From the NCBI GenBank assembly GCA_019323655.1, contig JAHWGX010000072.1, positions 1 to 52,608 of the forward strand: a stretch of DNA of 52,608 bases, read 5' to 3'. Below are positions 36,023 through 44,266 of this stretch, one piece after another. Source of the stretch: Candidatus Woesearchaeota archaeon (GTDB lineage Archaea > Nanobdellota > Nanobdellia > Woesearchaeales > GW2011-AR4). How positions within the stretch are numbered: the first letter of the stretch is position 1; the number at the start of each line of letters is the position of its first letter. Both the position numbers and the translations under genes were made by a program. The notes under the pieces are model-generated. The model saw only the letters and a program-made list of their open reading frames with translations, searched no databases and was not told the DNA's origin.

Positions 36023-36688
36023 ATGGCCTTATTCGGCTTCGGAAAAAAGAAGCAGGAGGAGAGAATTTTCGCTGCCCCTGGTGTGCCTCTTGACCAGATT
36101 AAAGTCATGAAGCAGAGGGGTATGGGCGACGACCAGATAGTTTCAGAACTTGAAAAGCAGGGCTATAATTCTTCCCAGATTTTTGATGCCTTGAACCAGA
36201 TTAACCTGGCTGGCCCGGGGTTTGGGAACCCCCCAAATTCGCAAATCCCTGTTTCTGATTTTCCTCCGGTGCAGCAATTCCAGCAGCAGCCGCCTCCGCA
36301 ACAGCCTCCGGTTTTTCAGGATATGGAACCCCCTGTTGCCCCTCAGGGCATTATAAACAAAGACCAGATTGAGGAAATGACTGAGGCAATCATAGACGAA
36401 AAGTGGAAGGAATTCGAAAATGATCTTAAGGTGATAATTGACTGGAAAGAAAAAAAAGAAGCGAAAATTGCCCAGCTTGAGCAGCAGGTAAAGGATTTGA
36501 CAGAAAACTTAAGTACCTTAAATAAGAGCCTAGGCGGCAAGATATCAGAATACGACAAAAACATAACTGATGTAGGGACGGAAATCAAGGCTATGGAAAA
36601 GGTCTTTCAAAAAGTGCTTCCAAGCCTGACAGAGAGCATAAACAAGCTGGAAAGGATTACAAAGAGTTCTAAACTGGCTAAGAAATAG
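36023..36688 (+). CDS. Three-part protein: small N-terminal helical (UBA-like) domain, P/Q-rich linker, C-terminal coiled coil
   Basis: 221 aa. SD-like GAGGTGA upstream. QQFQQQPPPQQPPVFQDMEPPVAPQ linker. Its stop abuts the stop of the convergent membrane gene with a 0-nt gap. Confidence 0.45.
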   Translation: MALFGFGKKKQEERIFAAPGVPLDQIKVMKQRGMGDDQIVSELEKQGYNSSQIFDALNQINLAGPGFGNPPNSQIPVSDFPPVQQFQQQPPPQQPPVFQDMEPPVAPQGIINKDQIEEMTEAIIDEKWKEFENDLKVIIDWKEKKEAKIAQLEQQVKDLTENLSTLNKSLGGKISEYDKNITDVGTEIKAMEKVFQKVLPSLTESINKLERITKSSKLAKK

Positions 36689-37189
36689 CTATGTCTGCTT
36701 AGAAGCCAAAAGCCCTACAGTAAAGACCGCTATAGCCAAAATAAGGATTACGCCAAGAAAAGTGGGGTGAAATATTACTGTGGACATCTTTCCAAAATCT
36801 TCTCCCCTTTCCGGGACCTCTATATTCTCCCTCACTACTGCCAAGCTTCCAACAATAAGCGCAATTACAAGTATAGCAAATACAATTCCTTTCATTGCCG
36901 GAATAGAGCCCACATCAACATTGCCGAACATTCCAAATGAGACAGACACTATGGCTATAAGAACCAAAACAACAGCAAAAACAGGCGCTATCTGCTTTAC
37001 AACCAAAGTAGCCAGGTCTGAAATTATGACAAAAAAAGCGACTAAAAGCCCGATAAGCACATTGATAACCTGGTTCTGCCCCAAAGCCTTTGTGTAAAGG
37101 AGTATTGCATAAACAACCAGCCACACAAAAAGGAATACAAAAATAACTGAAAAATTTTCCAACGCAGTCATATCAAGAAACGTTGCCAT
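36689..37189 (-). CDS. Polytopic membrane protein, third gene of a three-gene tandem set
   Basis: 166 aa, about 4 TM helices. N-terminus MATFLD...VIFVFLFVWLVVYAILLYTKALG resembles the two upstream paralogs. Confidence 0.5.
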   Translation of the reverse strand: MATFLDMTALENFSVIFVFLFVWLVVYAILLYTKALGQNQVINVLIGLLVAFFVIISDLATLVVKQIAPVFAVVLVLIAIVSVSFGMFGNVDVGSIPAMKGIVFAILVIALIVGSLAVVRENIEVPERGEDFGKMSTVIFHPTFLGVILILAIAVFTVGLLASKQT

Positions 37190-37191
37190 TT

Positions 37192-37791
37192 TTACTTTTT
37201 TCCGCCGAATAATTCTCCAAGGTTAACACCCAGCCTGTTTAAGGCTCCTACTTGGTCCCTTTCTCCTCCGCCTGTTACAAATGCTATTATAATTCCAAAC
37301 ACAAGCAGCATGATGACTACTGCCACGGCATTTGAACCGAAAGTTCCATCCAGCCACCCCATAAAACCCGGCTCCCACCATCCGGCAGCGCTTCCAAATA
37401 TCCACACAATGGCCACAATTGAAAAAAATGCAATCCATCCGGGCATAGTCGCGCCTAAGAACAGCCTGTCGTGTGCAAATACCCCTATCAGTATCATCAA
37501 AGCTATAATTGCCACAACAAGCAGTGAAACAGAAGGCAATGCCGAGTTTATGACCTCAATGGGATCGTAACCTGCAGGATAATCTCCGGTTATGTGGGGT
37601 ATAACTGTAACGAGAGAAAATACAATAGCCAGGCCAATGTTCATATTCCTCTTTGCTTCCCCCAAAATCCTGGTTTTCTCAAGTACTGCAAATAGGATAG
37701 TAAATATCAAAAGAAAAGGAAGCAGTATTTCCATAAAAAGTTCCCATACGCTGGAACTCAAAAAGTCTTGATATTCAAAAGCGCTAGCCAT
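37192..37791 (-). CDS. Polytopic membrane protein, paralog 2
   Basis: 199 aa. Shares LLPFLLIFTILFAVLEKTRILG with the 37815-38363 product. 2-nt gap to the next gene. Confidence 0.5.
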   Translation of the reverse strand: MASAFEYQDFLSSSVWELFMEILLPFLLIFTILFAVLEKTRILGEAKRNMNIGLAIVFSLVTVIPHITGDYPAGYDPIEVINSALPSVSLLVVAIIALMILIGVFAHDRLFLGATMPGWIAFFSIVAIVWIFGSAAGWWEPGFMGWLDGTFGSNAVAVVIMLLVFGIIIAFVTGGGERDQVGALNRLGVNLGELFGGKK

Positions 37792-37814
37792 AATAATACA
37801 CCTCTCATTTATTG

Positions 37815-38363
37815 TTATTTAGACTTTGTTTCAGTTTTCCTTTCCTGGGTTATATAAACTATGAACAGGACTATCAAAATAAGCAGTATTACAGACCCTA
37901 CAATTTCCCCCTTATCAGTGCCCTCAAAAAAGTCGTAAACGTCTCCCATCCAGCCCATTGCTTCAATGAAAATAAAAAACAAGACAATAAAAACTATAAC
38001 CATAAAAGTTGTTTTCCATCCTCCTTCCAGAAAAACGCCATGGGGCTCTTCCTTGAAAAATGAGCCTACGAGAAGCAAAAATAAGACTATTGAGAACAGC
38101 AGAACAACAAAGTTTGAGGAAACCCTGGTTATTACATATACAAGCTTTGAAGAAGCTACAACAAGGAATGCTATTACAAAAGCCGCTGCTGAATTAAGAT
38201 TTTTTTTTGTATACTCCTTGCCCTCTATTTTCTCAACTCCAAAAACCTTTGTCCTCTCCAAAAGGGCAAAAACAACAGTAAAAACAAGAAGGAAAGGTAG
38301 CACTACATCAAAAACCCCTATATTGTTAAAAAAATCTAGTATTTCCCTGAATGGAGTCGCCAT
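37815..38363 (-). CDS. Polytopic membrane protein, paralog 1
   Basis: 182 aa. VLPFLLVFTVVFALLERTKVFG. TATA-like box at 38391-38398. Confidence 0.5.
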   Translation of the reverse strand: MATPFREILDFFNNIGVFDVVLPFLLVFTVVFALLERTKVFGVEKIEGKEYTKKNLNSAAAFVIAFLVVASSKLVYVITRVSSNFVVLLFSIVLFLLLVGSFFKEEPHGVFLEGGWKTTFMVIVFIVLFFIFIEAMGWMGDVYDFFEGTDKGEIVGSVILLILIVLFIVYITQERKTETKSK

Positions 38364-38413
38364 CTTTTTACTCTTTTATTAGCCCGATAATATTTAAACC
38401 TTTCGAAAAATAA

Positions 38414-38556
38414 GCTGTGGTGCAATCCTAGGCGTCTGTGCCATTGTTTGCCTTGTTTACAAAGTAAACAATGGCAAAGGCCAGACGGAGCTTACCATGT
38501 TCCTATACAAAGTATAGGGTTATGGTAAGCGGAGTAGCATAGGATTGCACCACAGC
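38414..38556. repeat. 143-nt multi-hairpin element closed by a perfect 17-bp inverted repeat (candidate structured ncRNA or MITE)
   Basis: GCTGTGGTGCAATCCTA (38414-38430) pairs with TAGGATTGCACCACAGC (38540-38556). Inside, CGTCTG/CAGACG encloses the hairpin TGCCATTGTTT...AAACAATGGCA, and a second hairpin is GCTTACCAT..CCTATAC-AAA-GTATAGG..ATGGTAAGC. Both apical loops read TACAAAGTA. Confidence 0.6.
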
Positions 38557-38601
38557 CCAAATCAAAAAACTTTATAAAACTAAGCAGTATACAGGATTAA
38601 A

Positions 38602-39171
38602 ATGCTGAACAAAAAGGAATTCAAAAAAATAAGGAAGGAAATTGAAGATTCTGATGCTAAGAGGGAGCTGGTAATACAGCGCTCCAGGGAAATAATAAGC
38701 TTGTCCAAAAGGATCATCTATGCCCTGCATAGGGGTGATGCCAAAGCTGCAAGTTTGTATGTAAAAGAAATTGAAAAAAAGAAGAAAGCCCTGGGGAATA
38801 TGCCCCTGCAGCTTGACACAAATATAAACCAGACAGCCCTGCAGGAATATGTCGAGGCTTTGTGCTACTACCATTTTCTAGAAAACAAAAAAATACCTAC
38901 AAGCACCTATTTAAAGGTGGATAATGAAAGCTATTTAATGGGCCTATGTGACCTAACAGGGGAGCTTGTAAGGAAAGCTGTAAATGAAGTAATAAAAGGA
39001 AGATTTTCACCCGCAGTAGAAATCAAGGGCCTCGTTGAGGAAATCTACTCTGAGTTTCTTAAGTTCAACCTGAGGAACAGTGAGCTAAGGAAGAAATCTG
39101 ACCAGATTAAGTGGAACTTAAAAAAACTGGAAGATATTGTATTTGAGCTAAAGATGAAGGGCAGATTGTGA
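38602..39171 (+). CDS. Translin-family protein
   Basis: 189 aa all-helical protein. Pattern ...ALQEYVEALCYYHFLE...YLMGLCDLTGELVR is consistent with archaeal translin. Confidence 0.65.
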   Translation: MLNKKEFKKIRKEIEDSDAKRELVIQRSREIISLSKRIIYALHRGDAKAASLYVKEIEKKKKALGNMPLQLDTNINQTALQEYVEALCYYHFLENKKIPTSTYLKVDNESYLMGLCDLTGELVRKAVNEVIKGRFSPAVEIKGLVEEIYSEFLKFNLRNSELRKKSDQIKWNLKKLEDIVFELKMKGRL

Positions 39172-40946
39172 TGGCACTAAGGACAAAAACCTGCGGGGAA
39201 CTTGCTAAAAAAGACATAAAAAAAGAGGCAGTGCTTTGCGGCTGGGTAGCTTCCAGCAGAGACCATGGAGGGATTATTTTTATTGACTTAAGGGACAGGT
39301 ATGGCATTACGCAAATAGTTTTCGATCCTGAGCACGACAAAAAAGGCCATAAAGAAGCTGAAAAATTGAGAAGAGAAGATGTTATTGCAGTAAAAGGCAA
39401 GGTAAGGACCAGAGGGAAAGGCCTTGAAAATCCCAAGCTTAAAACAGGCCGGATAGAAGTTCTTATAGACGAAATTAACGTGCTGAACAAAGCTGAAACA
39501 CCTCCTTTGGAAATTGATGACCGGGTTGAGGTAAATGAGGATGTAAGGCTAAAATACAGGTACCTTGACTTAAGGAAGCCTGGGATGCAGAATAATATGC
39601 TTATAAGGCACAAGGCTGTTAAGCTTGTAAGGGGCTATTTTGATTCTCTCGGCTTTCTTGAGATTGAGACTCCTATGCTTGCAAAATCAACTCCTGAAGG
39701 CGCTAGGGATTACCTGGTTCCAAGCAGGGTTAATCCCGGAAAGTTTTATGCCCTGCCCCAAAGCCCCCAGATATTAAAGCAGATTTGCATGATTTCTGGT
39801 TTTGACAGGTACTTCCAAGTTGTAAAATGCTTCCGTGATGAGGACTTAAGGACCGACAGGCAGCCTGAATTTACGCAGGTAGATGTTGAGATGTCTTTTG
39901 TTGAGGAGGAAGACATTCTTCAGGTAACAGAAGGGCTGATGAAAGAGCTATGGAAAAAAATACTGGGCAGGGACCTGAAGGTTCCTTTTAAGAGGATAAC
40001 CTATACAGAAGCAATGGATAAGTACGGGACAGACAAGCCTGACCTGAGGTTTGGCCTGGAGCTTGCTGATGTGACTGATATTGTAGGCAAAAGCAGTTTT
40101 AAGGTTTTTACGGACATTGTCAATGGAAAGGGAAAAGTCAAATGCATCAACGCAAAAAAATGCGGAAATTTCTCAAGAAAAGAGCTTGACGAGCTGATTG
40201 AATTTGCCAGAATTTATGATGCAAAAGGCATGGCGTGGATGAAAGTCACTTCCAAAGGCCTTGAAAGCAATATTGTAAAATACTTTGATTCCGAAGTGCA
40301 AAAAAAGCTTATTAAGGAAACAAATGCAAAGGACAAAGATTTGCTGCTTTTTGTTGCTGACCACAAGCACCATATCGTGGACATTGCATTGGGCCATCTA
40401 AGGAACGAGCTTGCAAGAAGGCTTAAGCTTATTAATGATAAGGAGTATAATTTTGTGTGGGTCACTGACTTTCCTCTGCTTGAGTTTGATGAAGACGAGC
40501 AAAGGCATGTTGCTGTGCATCATCCTTTTACCAGCCCAAAAGATGAAGATCTAAAACTGCTTGACTCTGATGTTGAAAAAGCTAAGGCAAAAGCCTATGA
40601 CATAACCTTAAATGGCATTGAAATAGGAGGAGGCTCAATAAGAATTCACAATCCAGAGCTCCAAAAAAAGATGTTTAAGGTTTTGGGAATTAGTGGCAAA
40701 GAAGCAGAGAAAAAATTCGGGTTTTTGCTAGATGCCCTTAAATATGGAACTCCTCCTCACGGAGGCATAGCTCTTGGCCTGGACAGGATAGTTGCAATAC
40801 TAACCGGAAATACTTCAATAAGGGAGGTAATCGCATTCCCAAAAACAAAAAACGCAGAAGACCTAATGGTGGAAGCGCCAAGCGAAGTTGAGGACAAGCA
40901 GCTGAAAGAGCTGAATATTAAGCTGGATCTAGTTAAGAAAGAATAG
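39171..40946 (+). CDS. aspS: Aspartyl-tRNA synthetase, bacterial type (with GAD insertion domain)
   Basis: About 591 aa. OB fold (GWV...RDHGG.IFIDLRD), class II motifs (FRDEDLR.DRQPEFTQ, GGGSIRIH, GLDR) and a roughly 130-aa insertion between motifs 2 and 3. ATG overlaps the translin stop (TGATG). Confidence 0.9.
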   Translation: MALRTKTCGELAKKDIKKEAVLCGWVASSRDHGGIIFIDLRDRYGITQIVFDPEHDKKGHKEAEKLRREDVIAVKGKVRTRGKGLENPKLKTGRIEVLIDEINVLNKAETPPLEIDDRVEVNEDVRLKYRYLDLRKPGMQNNMLIRHKAVKLVRGYFDSLGFLEIETPMLAKSTPEGARDYLVPSRVNPGKFYALPQSPQILKQICMISGFDRYFQVVKCFRDEDLRTDRQPEFTQVDVEMSFVEEEDILQVTEGLMKELWKKILGRDLKVPFKRITYTEAMDKYGTDKPDLRFGLELADVTDIVGKSSFKVFTDIVNGKGKVKCINAKKCGNFSRKELDELIEFARIYDAKGMAWMKVTSKGLESNIVKYFDSEVQKKLIKETNAKDKDLLLFVADHKHHIVDIALGHLRNELARRLKLINDKEYNFVWVTDFPLLEFDEDEQRHVAVHHPFTSPKDEDLKLLDSDVEKAKAKAYDITLNGIEIGGGSIRIHNPELQKKMFKVLGISGKEAEKKFGFLLDALKYGTPPHGGIALGLDRIVAILTGNTSIREVIAFPKTKNAEDLMVEAPSEVEDKQLKELNIKLDLVKKE

Positions 40947-41066
40947 TTGTTTGCTGGAGTTCAGGGATTTGCAAAATGAAACTATTGTCATTTTCTGTAA
41001 GCATAATTTTTAGAAGACCCCACGATTTTTCATAATTGATCTAATAGGAATTACTTCTTGCAATGA

Positions 41067-41798
41067 TTAAAATGGAAGAAACGCATCTGGGCTAATTAAG
41101 CGATGAGCTTGTTGGAATCTCCAGTAACAAAAAGAGGCAACTGCGCAAGGCATTATATCAAAAATTATGCTGGCCTTTTTACAGTAGTTTGGCACTAGGG
41201 CATTCCTCTTAATTGCCTTGATAATGTCATAGGGGTTGTTGAGGGGGTAGTCAGTCTCGCAGAAGCTGTTTCCTATTTCCCTTAAAGTATGGGCATCGCT
41301 GCCAGCAGTCTTTGGTATTTTATGCTTTTCTGCGAAATTCTTAGCAATACTATTAGTGAACGAGTGTGAATTGTAAACCTCAATTCCTGTTATTCTTTTC
41401 CTTAGTTTTAGTACCATTTCCTTTTTTAGAGAGAGTTTCAAATTAAAAGGGTGGGGAATTACCGGGAATCCCCCCAAATCCTTTATCCTGTCTAATGTTT
41501 CTTCTGCAGAGAGTTTTGGCGGCACATTTTCCTCTATCCCGTACGCCAAGATGTGGCCATCTTTAGAGGATATTTCCGAACCTTTTAAAACAATAATGTT
41601 ATACTTTTTTGCAATTTTGGAAGCAACGATGCCACCGTTAACATTGTCATGATCCATTATCGCAATCGCTCTGAATCCGCTCTTAAATGCTACTTTTAGT
41701 ATTTCGCTTGGCTTTGACATTGAGGGAGGCATCCAAATTTCTGTTCCGAAAGTGTTTTTAGAATAGCAGGAATGAATGTGTAGATCAAGTTTAACCAT
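41067..41798 (-). CDS. PHP-domain metal-dependent phosphoesterase
   Basis: 243 aa. DLHIHS N-terminus; AIMDHD, GSDAH. Its start overlaps the upstream CDP-alcohol transferase gene by 8 nt. Confidence 0.75.
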   Translation of the reverse strand: MVKLDLHIHSCYSKNTFGTEIWMPPSMSKPSEILKVAFKSGFRAIAIMDHDNVNGGIVASKIAKKYNIIVLKGSEISSKDGHILAYGIEENVPPKLSAEETLDRIKDLGGFPVIPHPFNLKLSLKKEMVLKLRKRITGIEVYNSHSFTNSIAKNFAEKHKIPKTAGSDAHTLREIGNSFCETDYPLNNPYDIIKAIKRNALVPNYCKKASIIFDIMPCAVASFCYWRFQQAHRLISPDAFLPF

Positions 41799-42411
41799 AT
41801 TTCAGCCCTCTCCTGATTTTTATGAAGTCCCTAATCGTATAGTAGGTCAATAAGAGAGAAACTCCAATCAATAATGGATTAAGCAGATTTTTGCCTGACA
41901 GGACAAATATAAAAAATGCAGTGTAAACCAAAAGTCTCGGGCGCAGGGTGTACATTGTTTCGATGTGCATCTTTTTTTGAATTATTGTGAATAAGACAAC
42001 AACAGGGTACATGGCAACATAGGCCATTGCTAGCAAGGGGTTAAGTAATCCAACACCTACAAATCCCATTGCAGTAGCGGTCACAACAATTTGGTCGCAA
42101 AAACCGTCTGTTACGGATCCTGCGTTGTTGCTTTTTTGGGTATATCGCGCTAAAGAGCCGTCTACACCATCCAGGATAAAGGAAACCGCAAGTAAAGCTG
42201 CAGAGAGTTTCAGGCTAAAGGCAATCACTACTGCAGAAGACACTCCAACAACAACTGAAGCGTATGTTACCATATTGGGTGTTACACCCCAGCAATCCAA
42301 TAGGCTCAGCAAAGGGCGAAAAAGAACAAGTCTTATGCTTTCAAACACAGTTCGGAGGACTCTTTCAGATCCTGTCCAAGGGTCGTATACTGAATTTTCT
42401 CTGAGATGCAT
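41791..42411 (-). CDS. CDP-alcohol phosphatidyltransferase family protein
   Basis: 206 aa membrane protein with an exact signature Dx2DGx2ARx8Gx3Dx3D (DGVDGSLARYTQKSNNAGSVTDGFCD). Confidence 0.8.
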   Translation of the reverse strand: MHLRENSVYDPWTGSERVLRTVFESIRLVLFRPLLSLLDCWGVTPNMVTYASVVVGVSSAVVIAFSLKLSAALLAVSFILDGVDGSLARYTQKSNNAGSVTDGFCDQIVVTATAMGFVGVGLLNPLLAMAYVAMYPVVVLFTIIQKKMHIETMYTLRPRLLVYTAFFIFVLSGKNLLNPLLIGVSLLLTYYTIRDFIKIRRGLKYG

Positions 42412-42617
42412 ATCCTGTTATAATCAACAAATACTATTTAAAGGTATCCTTTTGGTATACTAACATACTAATTCCATCAATAGTTAATTGTTGATATTCT
42501 GATAGATTCTTTGAAGAAGTTAATCCTCTAATAAAAAATAAAAATGCATAAAATTTCTTTGTAACTGACTTTTCTTTTCCAATCACCTTTAAATACTACC
42601 AAAAACTTCCAATTATT

Positions 42618-43169
42618 ATGGAAATAAGCCTTATAACGCAAAACTTAGGCAAGGTAAAAGAATTTAAGCTAATTCTCGGAGAAAAAATAAAAGTTAACCA
42701 TGTCAATATGGAATACAGGGAATTAAGAAGCGACAGCTCGGGGGAAATAGCAGAAGAAGCGGCAAAAAGGCTTTGTGAGGAATTGAAAAAGCCTGTTGTT
42801 GTTGAGGACTCCGGATTGTTTATTAAGGCGTTAAATGATTTTCCCGGGACATGCTCATCTTACATCCACAAAAGAATAGGGCTAAAGGGAATTTTAAAAT
42901 TAATGGAAAATGCAACCGACAGAGCCTGCTGCTACAAATCCGCTGTTGCTTACTGCGGGCCGGGAAAAGAGCCGGTAAGTTTTTTAGGGGAAGAAAAAGG
43001 CGCCATAGCGAAAGAAATAAAAGGAAGCCATGGATTTGGCCATGATCCTGTTTTTATTCCTGAGGGAAGCAAAAAAACTTATGGAGAAACAAAAAATTGC
43101 GAAAACATTAAAAAATTCAGGAGAATTGCAGTTGAAAAGCTGAAAGAATATTTAGAGAGGAAAGAATGA
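42618..43169 (+). CDS. Non-canonical purine NTP pyrophosphatase (HAM1/RdgB family)
   Basis: 183 aa. ITQNLGKVKEF, VEDSGL, FGHDPVF. Confidence 0.8.
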   Translation: MEISLITQNLGKVKEFKLILGEKIKVNHVNMEYRELRSDSSGEIAEEAAKRLCEELKKPVVVEDSGLFIKALNDFPGTCSSYIHKRIGLKGILKLMENATDRACCYKSAVAYCGPGKEPVSFLGEEKGAIAKEIKGSHGFGHDPVFIPEGSKKTYGETKNCENIKKFRRIAVEKLKEYLERKE

Positions 43170-43756
43170 TCCAAAAAATAAAAGACTTAATGGCAGTAAA
43201 GGAGCAGATTGACATTATAAAGAATAACATAAACTATGCGACAACTTCTGTAAGTGAATTAAAAAGCGAAGTCGAATCGCTGAAACAGCAGATAAGCGAA
43301 GAAATAAGCGGTATTAACAGCAAAAACAATGAGTTTTTCAAAAATTTTGATGAGAATATCAGCACAATAAAAACTATAAGGCATGATTTTGAAAAGGAGC
43401 TTTTTGACTTTAAGTTGTTAAGGTCGCAGATGCAGAAAAAAATAATTGAGAAGTTTGAGGAAGAGCTTGGAAGGGAGCTTAAAATACAAATTGAAAGCCT
43501 AAGGAATGATGCTGAAAGCTACAATGAGCTCAAGAACAATATAGTGGAGATAAGCAAAAAAGTAAATAACCTGGGAGAAGAAATAAATAAATTTGCGGAG
43601 ATAAGCAAAAGCATCAGGAAAGAGGATTTTGAGCTGACAAAGTTTTCAAAGCAGCTTCTTGAGACTGACAGGGAAAAGCTCGAACTTATGAATAAGATAA
43701 ATATGCTCGAAAGACTAGTTTCAAAAATGAGAAGGCAGGAGTATATAACAAGGTAA
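43166..43756 (+). CDS. Coiled-coil protein, unknown function
   Basis: 196 aa, heptad-rich. 4-nt overlap with the HAM1 gene. Confidence 0.45.
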   Translation: MIQKIKDLMAVKEQIDIIKNNINYATTSVSELKSEVESLKQQISEEISGINSKNNEFFKNFDENISTIKTIRHDFEKELFDFKLLRSQMQKKIIEKFEEELGRELKIQIESLRNDAESYNELKNNIVEISKKVNNLGEEINKFAEISKSIRKEDFELTKFSKQLLETDREKLELMNKINMLERLVSKMRRQEYITR

Positions 43757-43759
43757 AGT

Positions 43760-44266
43760 ATGAAAACAAGAAAAGCAAAAGCAAAAGATGCAAAAGGAAT
43801 TGCAAATGTTCTTGTCGCGAGCTATAACATTAAAGGCATAAAGGAAGGGATAAGTGTCTTCAGAAGCGAAACAAAAAAATCTCATAACTATATCATTGCA
43901 GAGGATGCTCAGAAATTGAAGATTTCTGGCACCAACTCTGCTGGCAATAAGAAAATAATTGGTATTGTAACCTGGCTTATGCACGGGCTTCCAAAACACC
44001 AGCTATGCGAATTGGACAGGATTGCTGTTCTTCCTGAGTACAGGGGAAAAGGGGTTGCAAAAGAGCTGTTTAATGCTTTGGTTAAGGACGCAAAATCATT
44101 CTATAAAAAAAACAACTCAAAATTAAGGAAGCTTTACCTTTTAACACACGCTGACAACATAAGAGCCCATAAATTTTATGAAAAGCTAGGCTTCAAACAT
44201 GAAACAACATTAAAGAGGCATTATTACAATGACAAGGACGAGTTTGTTTATAGTATGTTTTTTTGA
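43760..44266 (+). CDS. GNAT-family N-acetyltransferase
   Basis: 168 aa. IAVLPEYRGKGVAKELF acetyl-CoA motif. Confidence 0.7.
   Translation: MKTRKAKAKDAKGIANVLVASYNIKGIKEGISVFRSETKKSHNYIIAEDAQKLKISGTNSAGNKKIIGIVTWLMHGLPKHQLCELDRIAVLPEYRGKGVAKELFNALVKDAKSFYKKNNSKLRKLYLLTHADNIRAHKFYEKLGFKHETTLKRHYYNDKDEFVYSMFF

Noticed and set aside
39107-39613. 168-aa ORF on the - strand
   Set aside because: It is antisense to the translin/aspS junction, has Ser/Leu-rich shadow-frame composition, and no start context.
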